Counted from the first letter of the stretch, positions 1 to 10,906 are shown. The stretch: DNA of 64,000 nt from Patescibacteria group bacterium (GCA_013387215.1 WARW01000022.1:169897-233896), one strand, 5' to 3'. The notes: generated by a model from the sequence alone, not told the origin. A program made the numbers and translations.

Positions 1-19
1 TTAACAATATTTTTCTCAT
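1..19 (-). CDS. 5' end of an ORF running off the window (MRKILL...), probably a further SipW-substrate/TasA-like protein
   Basis: ATG at 19 (minus) preceded by AGGAG; follows three SipW-cluster genes; only 6 codons visible. Confidence 0.4.
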
Positions 20-212
20 AGACTTTCTTCTCCTATATATTTTAATAATTGTAAGAATCACAAGCAGATGGTTATGGTTGTTACTATAATTATTCAGCTT
101 ATAACTTTTACATTTGTAATTAATACATCAGAAAAATGAAGAGAAAATGAACAAAAGTAATATTTTTTACTTTTATTCCCTATTTACCAGTAAAAGAAAT
201 TTTAGAAATCAT

Positions 213-794
213 TTACCAACTTCCACTTGTGACAGTGTTTGATATAGTTTTCTTGAATTTTAGGCCGGTCGTTTGAGACAAACTTTTGTTGTATCCATTA
301 AAAACCAAATTAAAAAAACAAGTTTTGTTTTGCAGATTAGCATCGTTTTTGTTAAATTTTACAAATACAATCCAGTCAGATTGAGTGTTGGGGTTGAGTG
401 CCGGAGATTCGTGAGATAAATTTGTTAATTTGCCATGGAAACTTGATTGATCTTCATAATTTAATTCAATATCCAATGATTCACAAAAATCCCGATCCCC
501 GCCTGTTATTTCTGTTGTAATTTTATTGTATAAATTTGATTGGCCTTCATTCTTTAGGCGTACAGCATTTACCTGAAAACCACCAGGAATTATTCCTTTG
601 ATATCAAATAATTTATTTATTGGTGTGTTTGTGGCGGTGTCGATATCAGTAAAATCGAGTGTTGTGGCAGACATTTTATTGTCGGCGACAATTTTTTTAT
701 CAATAAAATCGGCATCGGTAACACCAGTTAAAATCAAGCCAAGGGAAAATAAAAGGAAAACTATTTTAGGAAAAATGCCAATAGACCTTCGCAT
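213..794 (-). CDS. SipW-cognate secreted protein (TasA/CalY-like)
   Basis: Signal peptide then T-x-A-x-F-x-D..N.MSATTLD, the SipW-class signal motif; I.PG motif; adjacent to sipW. Confidence 0.7.
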   Translation of the reverse strand: MRRSIGIFPKIVFLLFSLGLILTGVTDADFIDKKIVADNKMSATTLDFTDIDTATNTPINKLFDIKGIIPGGFQVNAVRLKNEGQSNLYNKITTEITGGDRDFCESLDIELNYEDQSSFHGKLTNLSHESPALNPNTQSDWIVFVKFNKNDANLQNKTCFFNLVFNGYNKSLSQTTGLKFKKTISNTVTSGSW

Positions 795-797
795 AAA

Positions 798-1325
798 TTA
801 ATACGAAAATATTTCTGACAGATCTTTGAAGATCTTTTTGAATTCACCCAAAACAATGAGAAGGGCTGGAAAAAGAACTAAAACTACCAAACCTGGAAGT
901 GTTTTACTGAAAAATACTAATTTTCCAAGATATGGAATTTGATAATTTACTTTGCCGATGATATTCGAGGTGGAAATATAGGCATCATCAAGAACTTTGT
1001 TTGCATCACCTTTGGTATATATTTTTTGGATATTATTTTCAGTTTTGATATTTACAATACGATGAGTAACTTTCTGATTTTTAGAATTATTAAAAGTGAT
1101 GATGTCGCCTGCTTTATAATTTTTATCTGGTTTGATGACAATTAAATCACCTGTTTTGATGGTAGGCGACATGGAACCAGATTGAACCAAAAGGGTTTGA
1201 AAAGACCCTTTGATGTTAATTTTTGAAATTAACATTTCCCCGGCAACGACCAAAAGTATAAAAGTGATAATCCAGGTAAATAATGTCCAAAGATTAAAAC
1301 CCTGCTTCTTTTTATAATTTTTCAT
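798..1325 (-). CDS. sipW: Signal peptidase I, SipW/ER type (S26B)
   Basis: VQSGSMSP, GDII, VTHRIV, TKGDAN motifs; N- and C-terminal TM segments. Confidence 0.9.
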   Translation of the reverse strand: MKNYKKKQGFNLWTLFTWIITFILLVVAGEMLISKINIKGSFQTLLVQSGSMSPTIKTGDLIVIKPDKNYKAGDIITFNNSKNQKVTHRIVNIKTENNIQKIYTKGDANKVLDDAYISTSNIIGKVNYQIPYLGKLVFFSKTLPGLVVLVLFPALLIVLGEFKKIFKDLSEIFSY

Positions 1326-1328
1326 TGT

Positions 1329-1934
1329 TTATTTGATAATTTGTTTGAGACTGAAACTCATATCAAAATTTAGGCTATCGCTTTGAATTTCGTTGCCATA
1401 ATTGTTATCAGCAGTCCACTCCATTTCCAAATTAGCTTCTTGCCCAGGATTTAAAATGATCGGCGGATTAATTGAATCCCAAAGATTGTTAATTTTTGAT
1501 GCAGCTTCTTCTGTCATATATGATTCAACTTCTTTGATACCGTTAATATAAAAAGTTACTTTTATGTATTTACCTAATTCGCCTTCGTGAGGGCCTGGAT
1601 TACCACAAGTAGAATCAACCTCTTTTTCTGGTTCATTACAACCATTTTCATAATTTACAACATTATCTAGTGAGGCGGAAAATTGACCAGGCAAAGAACC
1701 GGTGTTTTTTACTTTCCAAACTTTTGAACCACTATTTATTCCAGAACCAATATCGGAAATTACAAACGGTTCAACACTAGAACCACTGGCACCTCCAACT
1801 TCAAGATTTAAAGTTCCAACCGCAAAAGTGTTGTTGGTACTAGTTTTTTTATCAGTAAAGTAGGCTTGGGTGACAAAGTATGAAAAAGATCCGATGACTC
1901 CGATAGTAACTAAACTGACTAATACTTTTTTCAT
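1329..1934 (-). CDS. TasA/CalY family SipW-dependent protein
   Basis: TQAYFTD..TSTNNTFAVGTLNL signal motif; VKNTGSLPG; NEIQSDSL near the C-terminus. Confidence 0.85.
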   Translation of the reverse strand: MKKVLVSLVTIGVIGSFSYFVTQAYFTDKKTSTNNTFAVGTLNLEVGGASGSSVEPFVISDIGSGINSGSKVWKVKNTGSLPGQFSASLDNVVNYENGCNEPEKEVDSTCGNPGPHEGELGKYIKVTFYINGIKEVESYMTEEAASKINNLWDSINPPIILNPGQEANLEMEWTADNNYGNEIQSDSLNFDMSFSLKQIIK

Positions 1935-2068
1935 AAAATACTGATGAATTTATATTAATTTAGATTATGATTTATCCAATTTGCTGAGTTATTCTACTTT
2001 CGGATATACATAACAGATATACATTAAATACAAAAACAAAGGCTTAGTCAAGAAACAAATTATGAAGA

Positions 2069-2917
2069 TTAGTTAACTTTTGTTTTGAGAGATTTTATCT
2101 TAACAATAGCGAGTGGTGCCAATAAAAGTAGCGCACCAAAGCCAATAAAAAGGCCAGGAATTATATTTTTTTGTCCTTTTTCGGACGGTGATGGAGTTGG
2201 AGTTTTTGGGTCAGCATTGCTTAAAACTGGTGCAGATGTTGGCGGTATGGTTGGATTATCTGTTGGCAATGGTTCCATGACTGCAGTTGGTTCTGGAGAA
2301 GGTGTTGGGGTGGCAGTTGGTTTTTTTGTTGTAGTGGGTGTGAGTGTTAGGGTTGGAGTGGGAGTCGGGGTTGAGGTTGGGGCTGGAGTACTAGTAGGAG
2401 CGATACAACTATTATTGGCTGCATCTTTAGATGTGGGAGCTAAACACCAACTACCAGAAACTTTTGACCAACTATATTGAACTGAAGACGTATTTGGATA
2501 AGTATAACTATCCACCTCGTTTCCAGCATTATTCACTAATCTTACTTTATCCCCATTATTATTTAGATAATTGGCTGTTCCAAGATCAAATGATTTATAT
2601 GCTTTTGCCGGTATTACGAATGGTGATGGTATAGTTTTTGAAGTATCAGTGGAATCAAAAATTTTCCAACCAGTTAATTGAACTTCAAAATCGTTTGAAT
2701 TATAAAGTTCTACCCATTCATAGCCAGATGAAGGATTGGCTAAAAACTCACTCAAACTAATTCCCGTAATTGGTGTAGTTGTTAGTGTTGGAGTTGATGT
2801 GGAAGTTGGAATAGAGGTTGGTGTTGGGGTGGGTGTTAAAGTTACTGTCGCTGTTTGAGCCCAAACAGGTTTAGAGAAAGGCAGTAAAAATGTAAGCAAT
2901 AGTATAATAATTATCAC
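2069..2917 (-). CDS. Lamin-tail-domain surface protein with Pro/Thr linkers and C-terminal TM anchor
   Basis: LSEFLANP..EWVELYN..LTGWKI..LNNNGDKVRL; PT repeats; hydrophobic C-terminus followed by a basic tail. Confidence 0.8.
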   Translation of the reverse strand: MIIIILLLTFLLPFSKPVWAQTATVTLTPTPTPTSIPTSTSTPTLTTTPITGISLSEFLANPSSGYEWVELYNSNDFEVQLTGWKIFDSTDTSKTIPSPFVIPAKAYKSFDLGTANYLNNNGDKVRLVNNAGNEVDSYTYPNTSSVQYSWSKVSGSWCLAPTSKDAANNSCIAPTSTPAPTSTPTPTPTLTLTPTTTKKPTATPTPSPEPTAVMEPLPTDNPTIPPTSAPVLSNADPKTPTPSPSEKGQKNIIPGLFIGFGALLLLAPLAIVKIKSLKTKVN

Positions 2918-2933
2918 AAGTTTAGTTTAGCAA

Positions 2934-4418
2934 TTAACTGGTTAATTTAGAAATAGCGAGGTCTAGTTTATGGATAGTTTTTTCTTTACCAAGGGCTGGC
3001 AAACAATCGACAACTGGAGGTGTAAATTTAGACCCACAAATAGCAACTCGGAAAACCATAAAGTATTTTCCAACTTTATTTTCTTCATTCGACCAATTGT
3101 CTGATTTCAGCAATTCATCAATTTTTGCCTGAATATTGGAGGCTTTGAAATCGTCTATTTGCGACATTATGTCTTTGGTTTTTGAAATCATGTCGAGAAC
3201 CAAATCTTTTGACATTTCTTTGTCTTTGTACTCGAGAAGTAACGATTTATCGTAGTCCACATCTTCAAAAATAAATTTTGTTTGAGGTTGAAGATCTGAT
3301 AATTTAACAATTCTTTCTTTTAAAACCGGCAGTAAAATATTTATTTGCTCATCTGAAGCTTGAGGCAAAAACTTTTTAAACAAAACTTTTAATTCATCAT
3401 TGGATTTTTGACGGATATAATATCCGTTTAAATAGTCCAGTTTTTTACGATCAAATACTGGCGATTTTTTGTGGAGATGATCCAAACTAAAAGCTTGAAC
3501 AAATTCATCTAATGTAAAAAATTCACGATTGTCTCCCGGATTCCAACCTAAAAACATTAAAAAATTAAGCATGGCTTCTGGCAAATAACCTTCTTCTAGA
3601 AATGATCTGGCTGAAGTTGCGCCATGGCGTTTACTTAATTTTCCCTTACCGTCTGGATTTAATAATACCGTAAGATGGGCAATTTTAGGTGGTTCCCAGC
3701 CAAAATAGCGATAGAGTAAAAGATGTTTTGGAGTGGAAGTGAGCCATTCCTCACCTCGAAAGACATGAGATATTTCCATTAAATGATCGTCGACGACTGC
3801 AGCAAAATGATATGTAGGAATTCCATTTGATTTTATTAAAACCTGATCATCAATGTCATTAGTATTAAATTTTATTTTGCCGCGGATTACATCTTCGAAA
3901 ATAATAGTTTCATTTTTAGGAATGACCATACGGATGGTGTATGGTACTTTTGCATCAATATTTTTTTGAATTTCCTCGGGTGTTAAATGAAGACAATGTT
4001 GATCATAACGAGGAACTTGCTTGGCGGCTTTTTGAGTAGCACGAAGTTCATCAAGACGCTCTTGAGTACAAAAACAGCGATAAGCCAAACCTTTATCTAG
4101 TAATTCTTGAATATATTTTTGGTAAATTTCAAGACGTTGAGTCTGAATATATGGACCATAAGGCCCACCAATATCTGGACCTTCATCCCATTGCAGACCA
4201 TAGTCTTTTATAACTTGAAGGGTTCTTTCCATGGACCCAGGGACAAAACGTTTTTGATCAGTATCTTCGATTCTTATAATAAATTGGCCATTATTTTTTT
4301 TAGCGAGTGCATAATCATAAAGACAAGTTCTTAAGTGGCCAACATGATATTCCCCCGTTGGACTGGGAGCAATACGAGTTCTCACAATTTTGTTGTCAAT
4401 CATGGTTAATTTTATCAT
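2934..4418 (-). CDS. gltX: Glutamate-tRNA ligase (start may be ATG 4403)
   Basis: RTRIAPSPTG, HVGH, RIEDTD, KLSKR motifs. Confidence 0.97.
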   Translation of the reverse strand: MIKLTMIDNKIVRTRIAPSPTGEYHVGHLRTCLYDYALAKKNNGQFIIRIEDTDQKRFVPGSMERTLQVIKDYGLQWDEGPDIGGPYGPYIQTQRLEIYQKYIQELLDKGLAYRCFCTQERLDELRATQKAAKQVPRYDQHCLHLTPEEIQKNIDAKVPYTIRMVIPKNETIIFEDVIRGKIKFNTNDIDDQVLIKSNGIPTYHFAAVVDDHLMEISHVFRGEEWLTSTPKHLLLYRYFGWEPPKIAHLTVLLNPDGKGKLSKRHGATSARSFLEEGYLPEAMLNFLMFLGWNPGDNREFFTLDEFVQAFSLDHLHKKSPVFDRKKLDYLNGYYIRQKSNDELKVLFKKFLPQASDEQINILLPVLKERIVKLSDLQPQTKFIFEDVDYDKSLLLEYKDKEMSKDLVLDMISKTKDIMSQIDDFKASNIQAKIDELLKSDNWSNEENKVGKYFMVFRVAICGSKFTPPVVDCLPALGKEKTIHKLDLAISKLTS

Positions 4419-4486
4419 TGGTTTTAAAATTTGAGCCTGGAAAATTAATATGGAAATTGTTGCTTATTTTTATGTAAAATATTGTA

Positions 4487-5530
4487 ATGTCATCTTTGAC
4501 CCAAACTGCTTACATGAGCAGAAATTTAATTAAATACGGCGGAAGTGGACTCGTAATCTTTTTGATTATGTGGTCGATTATTACTGGAGCAGTCAAAGCA
4601 TACAACTTAGCCCATCCTAAATATATTCCACCAACAGTCAAATATGGAGTGATGCCTAAAATTGTATTTCCAGAAAAACAATTTAACAAGAAAAATTTTA
4701 CTTTTGAATTTCCGAACGATTCGGCACCAAAATTTAAAGATCAATCTAAGGTATTTATTATTTATCGCCCAAACAGCAGCTTTTTGGCGCTTGAGGACGA
4801 TACAAAAACTGCGTCTGATTTAGGTTTTAGTTCCAAACCAACTGAAGTAAAAGAAGGGGTATATGAATTTAAAAATGATAATTTAAATCGTACTTTGACG
4901 ATGAATGTGCTAGATGGCAGCTTTAAAATGGAATATCCATTTCAAAATGACCAAATGCTTTTGACTCCTGGAAATGTTCCAGCAAAAGAAGAAGCTATCG
5001 CAATTGCATCTGCATATTTAAAAACCGGAAATAAATATGCATCTGATATTGAACAAGGCACTCAAAAAGTAAGCTTTTGGAAAATTGAGTTTGATGGACT
5101 GAAAGCTGCTGATTCCCAATCGGATGCGAATGTAGCGAGAGTTGATTTTTATCGAAAAAATTTGGAAGATGATTTAAAAATATTATCTCCAGAGGTGAAT
5201 AAAGCATCAATTTCAGTTTTAGTTTCCGGTTCTACGGTTGATAATAAAAAAATAATTCAAGTGGATTACAAATATGCCAATATCGACAGAGAATCTTTTT
5301 CTACATATCCAATCAAAACATCAGAGGAAGCTATTGCAGAATTAAAAGCCGGTAATTATTGGCCAGCCATAGATGTGAATTCTAATAACGTAATAATCAG
5401 AAAAGTTTACTTGGCATATTTTGAACCGGTAACTTTGACCAATTACATGCAGCCAATTTATGTTTTCGAAGGTGATAATAATTTCGTGGCTTACGTCCCA
5501 GCAATCATAGATAAATACGTCCAAAAATAA
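4487..5530 (+). CDS. Membrane-anchored hypothetical protein
   Basis: 347 aa ORF with N-terminal TM segment; C-terminal YLAY..QPIYVFEG..FVAYVPAI. Confidence 0.7.
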   Translation: MSSLTQTAYMSRNLIKYGGSGLVIFLIMWSIITGAVKAYNLAHPKYIPPTVKYGVMPKIVFPEKQFNKKNFTFEFPNDSAPKFKDQSKVFIIYRPNSSFLALEDDTKTASDLGFSSKPTEVKEGVYEFKNDNLNRTLTMNVLDGSFKMEYPFQNDQMLLTPGNVPAKEEAIAIASAYLKTGNKYASDIEQGTQKVSFWKIEFDGLKAADSQSDANVARVDFYRKNLEDDLKILSPEVNKASISVLVSGSTVDNKKIIQVDYKYANIDRESFSTYPIKTSEEAIAELKAGNYWPAIDVNSNNVIIRKVYLAYFEPVTLTNYMQPIYVFEGDNNFVAYVPAIIDKYVQK

Positions 5531-5544
5531 AAGGTTTAGTTAAG

Positions 5545-6465
5545 CTAATAATCACGCCAGGTGATATTTTGCTTTGCCCAATTTACTATCTCTTTTGTAT
5601 CCTGAAACCGATCATCGCTTTGAGCAACAACACTAATTAGTTTGTGCCCGTTTATATTGATTAAGCCAACAAAACAACCGCCTGCTTCTGGAGTCCAACC
5701 GGTTTTTAAACCTTCTATTTCCGGGATGACTCCCAACAGTTCATTGGTCGATTCAAGATTGTGTTGAATTTTATTATCAAGATCAGAAACTATGACTGAC
5801 TTATTTTTAACAATTTCAGTGATGGTGGGATTTTTTATGGCGATTCGAGAGAGTTGGGCCAGATCATATACTGTTGAATAATGATTTGGATCATGAAGAC
5901 CATCATAATTGGTGAAATGAGTGTCTTTGAGTCCATATTTTGACACCAAAAGATTCATTTGATCAACAAAACCGGTTATTCCACCTGGATAATGTTTAGC
6001 CAAATTATAGGCAGAATCATTGGCGGAATATACCAAAAGTGCAGTTACTAAAGATTTTACGGTCATTTTTTCGCCGGGCTGCAAATTCATGACTTGACCT
6101 TCAGTGAAAGCATCAGGAACCGTGATTACTTCATCCAGCGGATAAATATTAAGAGCAGTGATGGCAGTTGCCAGCTTAGTAGTTGAGGCTGGATAAATTT
6201 TATCGTGAGCTCTTTTAGAAACTAAAACAGTGTTTGTGGCACTGTCGATTAAAATATAACTACCAGCATTTGCCTGGGGAGGATTGGCAAGATGAATAAC
6301 CGGCACTTGCGGATGGTTAAATTGAGCCAGAGTGGTGTTTTGGGGAATGATTTTTACTTTTGGATAGATTGTCCACAAACCAGAAAACGGCAGCCAAAAT
6401 AAATTAAGAACTAATAATAAAAATATTATTATGAAACTAATTTTATTCGACTTTAGCAGATTCAT
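5545..6465 (-). CDS. D-alanyl-D-alanine carboxypeptidase (peptidase S11)
   Basis: PASTTK (SxxK), SAND (SxN), GLKTGWT (KTG). Confidence 0.93.
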   Translation of the reverse strand: MNLLKSNKISFIIIFLLLVLNLFWLPFSGLWTIYPKVKIIPQNTTLAQFNHPQVPVIHLANPPQANAGSYILIDSATNTVLVSKRAHDKIYPASTTKLATAITALNIYPLDEVITVPDAFTEGQVMNLQPGEKMTVKSLVTALLVYSANDSAYNLAKHYPGGITGFVDQMNLLVSKYGLKDTHFTNYDGLHDPNHYSTVYDLAQLSRIAIKNPTITEIVKNKSVIVSDLDNKIQHNLESTNELLGVIPEIEGLKTGWTPEAGGCFVGLININGHKLISVVAQSDDRFQDTKEIVNWAKQNITWRDY

Positions 6466-8221
6466 TTTTCTCCGGTTTTAACATCAAACCAACATCATCC
6501 AACTGTTTTTGACTGACTTCACTTGGAGCATTCATCATTAAATCTACCCCATTTGAATTGAGAGGGAAAGCATACACATCTCTAATGTTTGGTTCATCCA
6601 AAAGCATCATTAAAAATCGGTCGATTCCAATTGCCCAACCACCGTGTGGAGGTGCACCATAGTGGAAGGCATTGTACATGCCACCAAATTTTTTAATGAC
6701 TTCACTTCGTCCATAACCAATAACTTCAAAAGCTTTGACCAATGTTTCCGGCTCATGATTTCTGATGGAGCCAGAAGCGAGTTCAACTCCATTCATGGTT
6801 AAATCGTATTGATAGGATTCAATTTCCAAAGGATCTTGGGTTTTTAAAGCTTCCATTCCGCCTTTTGGCATTGAGAAAGGATTGTGGCCAAAATCGAGTT
6901 TGCCTTCATCATTGACTTCATAAAATGGAAAGCCAGTAATCCAAACAAGTGATAAAACATTTGGATTACGGAGATTTAACATATCGCCTAAGATAAGGCG
7001 TAAATGACCGAGTGATTTGTTAACAACGGATGGTTTGTCGGCAACTAATAAAAGTAAGTCGCCTGCTTTAGCATCAGTGGCTTTGATTAATTCTTTTTGA
7101 AGTTCTGGACTGAAGAAACGAGAAACTCCAATTTCTAAACCATTTTCAGTGACTTTAGTGTAGGCCAAACCTTTGGCGCCTTTTTCCTTAGCGATAGTTT
7201 CAAGTTTTTCAATTTGGCTTTTTGAATAATTGCCACAACCTGGAGCAACAATGGCTTTAATGTTTTCTGCATTATTAAAAACATTAAATTCACTTTTGCC
7301 TTTTAAGACATCAGTGACATTAATTAATTCAAGACCAAAACGAATGTCTGGTTTGTCGCTGCCAAATCTTTCCATGGCTTCTTTGTATGGCATACGTGGA
7401 AATGGAAATTGAGCAATTTTCTTTTGAGGCGCAGCAACTTCATAGGTTTCTTTGATTAATTTTTCGGCAGTGTCAAAAATTTTATCAATGGTGGGGAAAC
7501 TCATTTCAATGTCGATTTGATAGAAAACACCAGCATGTCTGTCGGCACGAGGATCTTCATCGCGAGCACATGGAGCGATCTGAAAATATTTATCGACTCC
7601 AGACACCATTAATAATTGTTTAAATTGTTGCGGTGCTTGAGGCAAAACGAAAAATTTACCTTTATGAATTCGGGATGGAATAATAAAATCTCTAGCACCT
7701 TCAGGAGAAGTGCTGGTCAAAAGTGGAGTCATAACTTCAGTAAAACCATTTTTTTCCATCCAGTTGCGAACAGCTAAAATGTAGGCGCTTTTCTTTTTCA
7801 TGATATTTACTAAACGTGGTCGGCGCAAATCAAGATAGCGATATTTTAATCGTAAAGATTCGTCGATTTCGGTGCCTTCAGTGTCAAGCGGAAATGGAAC
7901 AACTTCACTCTTATTTAAAACTTCCAATTTTTCGGCAATAACTTCAATAGTTCCAGTTTCCAAATTTGGATTGGAGGCTTTAGCGTCGCGCAAAACAACT
8001 TTACCTTCAACTTCAATCACCCATTCGGTTCCTAAACTAGAAGCGATTTTATGATTTTCTTGACTATCAGCAGCATTAACAACAACCTGAACAATTCCAC
8101 TCCAATCACGAAAATCAATAAAAATTAATTGACCATGATCACGAATATTACTGACCCAACCTTTTAATAAAACTTTTTCTCCAATATGCTGGAGAGCTTC
8201 TTTTGCTAATATTCTTTCCAT
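6443..8221 (-). CDS. aspS: Aspartate-tRNA ligase, likely non-discriminating
   Basis: [48 protein letters not shown]. Confidence 0.97.
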   Translation of the reverse strand: MERILAKEALQHIGEKVLLKGWVSNIRDHGQLIFIDFRDWSGIVQVVVNAADSQENHKIASSLGTEWVIEVEGKVVLRDAKASNPNLETGTIEVIAEKLEVLNKSEVVPFPLDTEGTEIDESLRLKYRYLDLRRPRLVNIMKKKSAYILAVRNWMEKNGFTEVMTPLLTSTSPEGARDFIIPSRIHKGKFFVLPQAPQQFKQLLMVSGVDKYFQIAPCARDEDPRADRHAGVFYQIDIEMSFPTIDKIFDTAEKLIKETYEVAAPQKKIAQFPFPRMPYKEAMERFGSDKPDIRFGLELINVTDVLKGKSEFNVFNNAENIKAIVAPGCGNYSKSQIEKLETIAKEKGAKGLAYTKVTENGLEIGVSRFFSPELQKELIKATDAKAGDLLLLVADKPSVVNKSLGHLRLILGDMLNLRNPNVLSLVWITGFPFYEVNDEGKLDFGHNPFSMPKGGMEALKTQDPLEIESYQYDLTMNGVELASGSIRNHEPETLVKAFEVIGYGRSEVIKKFGGMYNAFHYGAPPHGGWAIGIDRFLMMLLDEPNIRDVYAFPLNSNGVDLMMNAPSEVSQKQLDDVGLMLKPEKNESAKVE

Positions 8222-8254
8222 GTTTTTTATTTTTTTTAATAACTAATTTTATAC

Positions 8255-8425
8255 AAAAAAACCCGACGTGTGTCGGGATACGAAAAATAGCTTTCATTTT
8301 TCGTGCTCTGTTTCTAGTGTGACACACGTTGTAGTGTTTAACGGTTCTACTTCCGTAGGGTTCTAATAAGTGATTAACTTTTCTTCCCTCAGCTTCCCCG
8401 ATGTTTGTCGGGGTTAAACGCTTTT
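8255..8425 (-). promoter_or_regulatory. Structured leader/attenuator or small RNA upstream of aspS
   Basis: Hairpins at 8396-8413 and 8280-8304; terminator CCCGAC-acac-GTCGGG-T7 at 8255-8277; alternative 9-bp pairing 8321-8329 with 8266-8274. Confidence 0.5.
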
Positions 8426-8460
8426 GTTTATAGTCTATTTTACTTCTAATTTAATGGATG

Positions 8461-10134
8461 TCAAATAAGAAATATTTCTTTGACCATAAGTTGGGGAAGA
8501 GTTGTGTTATTCCAAGTGTTAAGTTCGAGTCGGGCAATAATATCAACATGATCACCCACTTTTAATTGACCATCCATTGATCCTTTTTTGAAAGCAATCG
8601 CATCGGCACTAATGTTTTCTAATTTTTTTGTGTCTGGATCATCAAATTTTAATTTTAAGTGATCCCCTGTTGAACCAACTAATCTTTTCTGAGAAACAAC
8701 TAAATCTTTAAATAAAAACAATGGTTCTGAGTTATCGATTCCAAATGGTTCAAGTTTTTTTGTTATCTGGCAATTTTTGACAGTGACAGCTTCCAGTTTC
8801 ATTTCTGCATCAACAGTGACAGACGGTTTTAAATCCAAGCCAGCTAATTTTTTATTAACAATTTTAGTTAATTCTTTTTTTAATTTTTCAATTTTTTTAG
8901 TTTCAATACTAAAACCAGCGGCTCCAGCATGGCCACCAAGATCGATAAATAAATCTGATACCTCACGAAGACTTTCTATAATATTTAGTTCTTTTATTGA
9001 ACGGCAAGAACCTTTGGAAACTTCTTCACCAACACTTATGGCAATACAAGGCAAATAATTTTTTTCAGTTAACCGACCAGCGATCAGACCAATAATTCCG
9101 GGATTGAAGGAAGGATCGTAAACAAACAATAGTTTGTCTGGCGAATCAGTTGATGCATTTTTTCGAATATTTTCTTCGGCAAGATCGAGACTGTCTTGTT
9201 GAAGCACTTGACGGTCTTTGTTGAATGAATCTAAAACTTTGGCATATTTATCGGCATAAAGTGAATTTGAACTGCATAAGAGACGCAAAGCATCGGTAGG
9301 ATTAGAAAGCCGGCCAACAGCATTAATTCTGGGACCTAAAATATACCCTAAATCATAGGCAGAAATACTATCGGCCTTAACACCACTTACTTGAACTAAT
9401 TTTTTAATTCCAGGACTGGGATTAAGCCTTAATGACAATAAACCATGAACCACGATGCTGCGATTAATGCCATTTAAAGGCATACAATCTGCAACTGCAC
9501 CTAAAGCTGCCAAACCTAAGTCAGCATTGGGGTTGAATTGCGAGGCCAATAGCCAGGCAAGAGTACAGCCAGACACTTGGGTTGAATGGACAATTGCCAG
9601 AGCGTTTGGCAATTCAGAGGTGGGCAAATGGTGATCCGTAATAATAACTTCAGTGCCAGATTCAACGATTTTTTCAATTTCTTTATTGGCGACGATTCCA
9701 TTATCAACAGTAATCAGTAGAGAGAATTTTTTATCTTTTTCCTTTTCGAAGGCGAAAAATGATTTTGCTTTAATACCATAGCCATCGTGTTCACGGTCGG
9801 GAATGAATGGCAAAACTTTTAGACCAGCATAACGCAAAGATTGCCAAAGAACTGCGGTTGAAGTGATGCCATCAACGTCATAATCTCCATAAATCAGGAC
9901 ATTTTCTTCATTCTTAATCGCTTTTTTAATTCTATCAACAGCTTTATTGAGTTGTTTTTGGCTGACTTTATATTGTTTTGGGGTTAGAGTTCCTGGAAAA
10001 ACAGGTTTTAAAAAATCGCTAATCTGATCTTTTTGAATATTTCTATTTTTTAAAAGCAAATCCAAAAAATCCAACTCAGAAAAGTCTTTTTCAATTACAG
10101 TCTTTGACTTAATAATAATTTCAGGTTTATTCAT
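8461..10134 (-). CDS. recJ: ssDNA-specific exonuclease RecJ
   Basis: YGDYDVDG, ITVDNG, ITDHH, GPRINAVGR, GGHAGAAG, PFG motifs. Confidence 0.96.
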   Translation of the reverse strand: MNKPEIIIKSKTVIEKDFSELDFLDLLLKNRNIQKDQISDFLKPVFPGTLTPKQYKVSQKQLNKAVDRIKKAIKNEENVLIYGDYDVDGITSTAVLWQSLRYAGLKVLPFIPDREHDGYGIKAKSFFAFEKEKDKKFSLLITVDNGIVANKEIEKIVESGTEVIITDHHLPTSELPNALAIVHSTQVSGCTLAWLLASQFNPNADLGLAALGAVADCMPLNGINRSIVVHGLLSLRLNPSPGIKKLVQVSGVKADSISAYDLGYILGPRINAVGRLSNPTDALRLLCSSNSLYADKYAKVLDSFNKDRQVLQQDSLDLAEENIRKNASTDSPDKLLFVYDPSFNPGIIGLIAGRLTEKNYLPCIAISVGEEVSKGSCRSIKELNIIESLREVSDLFIDLGGHAGAAGFSIETKKIEKLKKELTKIVNKKLAGLDLKPSVTVDAEMKLEAVTVKNCQITKKLEPFGIDNSEPLFLFKDLVVSQKRLVGSTGDHLKLKFDDPDTKKLENISADAIAFKKGSMDGQLKVGDHVDIIARLELNTWNNTTLPQLMVKEIFLI

Positions 10135-10201
10135 GACAATAGCTTTAATTTTACACTGTTTTTATTAAAGCTAGGCATATATAAAAATTATATAAAAAAA
10201 C

Positions 10202-10229
10202 TTGATTTTCAGGGAAAAAGTGATATTAT
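10202..10229 (+). promoter_or_regulatory. Putative sigma70 promoter of cassette 1
   Basis: TTGATT-16 nt-TATTAT with extended -10 TG. Confidence 0.55.
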
Positions 10230-10333
10230 AGGTTGCATTACGAGCGAAAGCTTGTAATAAATTATTATATCGGCTTTGCCGATACTGACGAGTTTAGGTT
10301 CAAATTAAGCTTTGAGCCAGAACAGAGCCAGTG

Positions 10334-10411
10334 GTACTTTAAAAATACGGATTACCCGAGAGCTTGGGCTCATTGTGGGCAGCGCGCTGCCTAGAATGAG
10401 CACAAGCGCTC
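10334..10411 (+). promoter_or_regulatory. Cassette 1 leader: boxA-like GTACTTTAAAAA, 5' arm of long-range stem, conserved hairpin
   Basis: Arm TACGGATTACC (10346-10356) complements GGTAATCCGTA (10902-10912); hairpin 10358-10411 is homologous to 11145-11200. Confidence 0.65.
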
Positions 10412-10438
10412 AAAGTTATAAATTAGGAGGTAATAGGT

Positions 10439-10906
10439 ATGAAAAAATTATTTTCAAGATGGTTCTTGATCCTTATATTGGTGGCTATCTTGTCCGCTTT
10501 TGCTGTTTGCTACGGAGTATCCGCATCAAATGCAAAACATACAACAGACAAATTCACGGTAGAAAATATAAATGGTGAGGTCATCTTGTCTAATTTCGAC
10601 AAAGACATTGCCTCTTATGTTGGACACCAAAGCAGTTATACTGCTACCGGGACTCACGAGTCTACCAGTCTGACAATTAATGTTGGACCTGGCGAATACG
10701 GTATAGTTGGCGGATCAAAAGTATTTTATTTTGATGACTTCTACACTGTTGTCGGACCTGGAACTTATACGTTTCAAGTCACTGACGGCTTTGCAGAAGT
10801 TGTTAATAGTAAATACGCAGCCAAACAGTGGCAATACAGATTGTGGCAAACACAAAAAAATAAATGGTCACTGAAAGGAACCTACAATACACTTTTAAAG
10901 TGGTAA
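10439..10906 (+). CDS. Secreted hypothetical protein, paralog of 11229-11633
   Basis: AGGAGG SD; signal peptide; shared GPG.YT...TDGF..VV......W.YRL.......W motif. Confidence 0.85.
   Translation: MKKLFSRWFLILILVAILSAFAVCYGVSASNAKHTTDKFTVENINGEVILSNFDKDIASYVGHQSSYTATGTHESTSLTINVGPGEYGIVGGSKVFYFDDFYTVVGPGTYTFQVTDGFAEVVNSKYAAKQWQYRLWQTQKNKWSLKGTYNTLLKW

Noticed and set aside
2260-2850. Periodic GGTGTTGG/GGAGT-type repeats
   Set aside because: They encode Pro/Thr linkers of the lamin-tail protein; not a CRISPR array or satellite
8255-8425. T-box riboswitch before aspS
   Set aside because: No T-box consensus or specifier-loop motifs recognisable
10312-10578. 88-aa ORF over the cassette 1 leader
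   Set aside because: TTG start without an SD; overlaps structured RNA and the real gene in another frame
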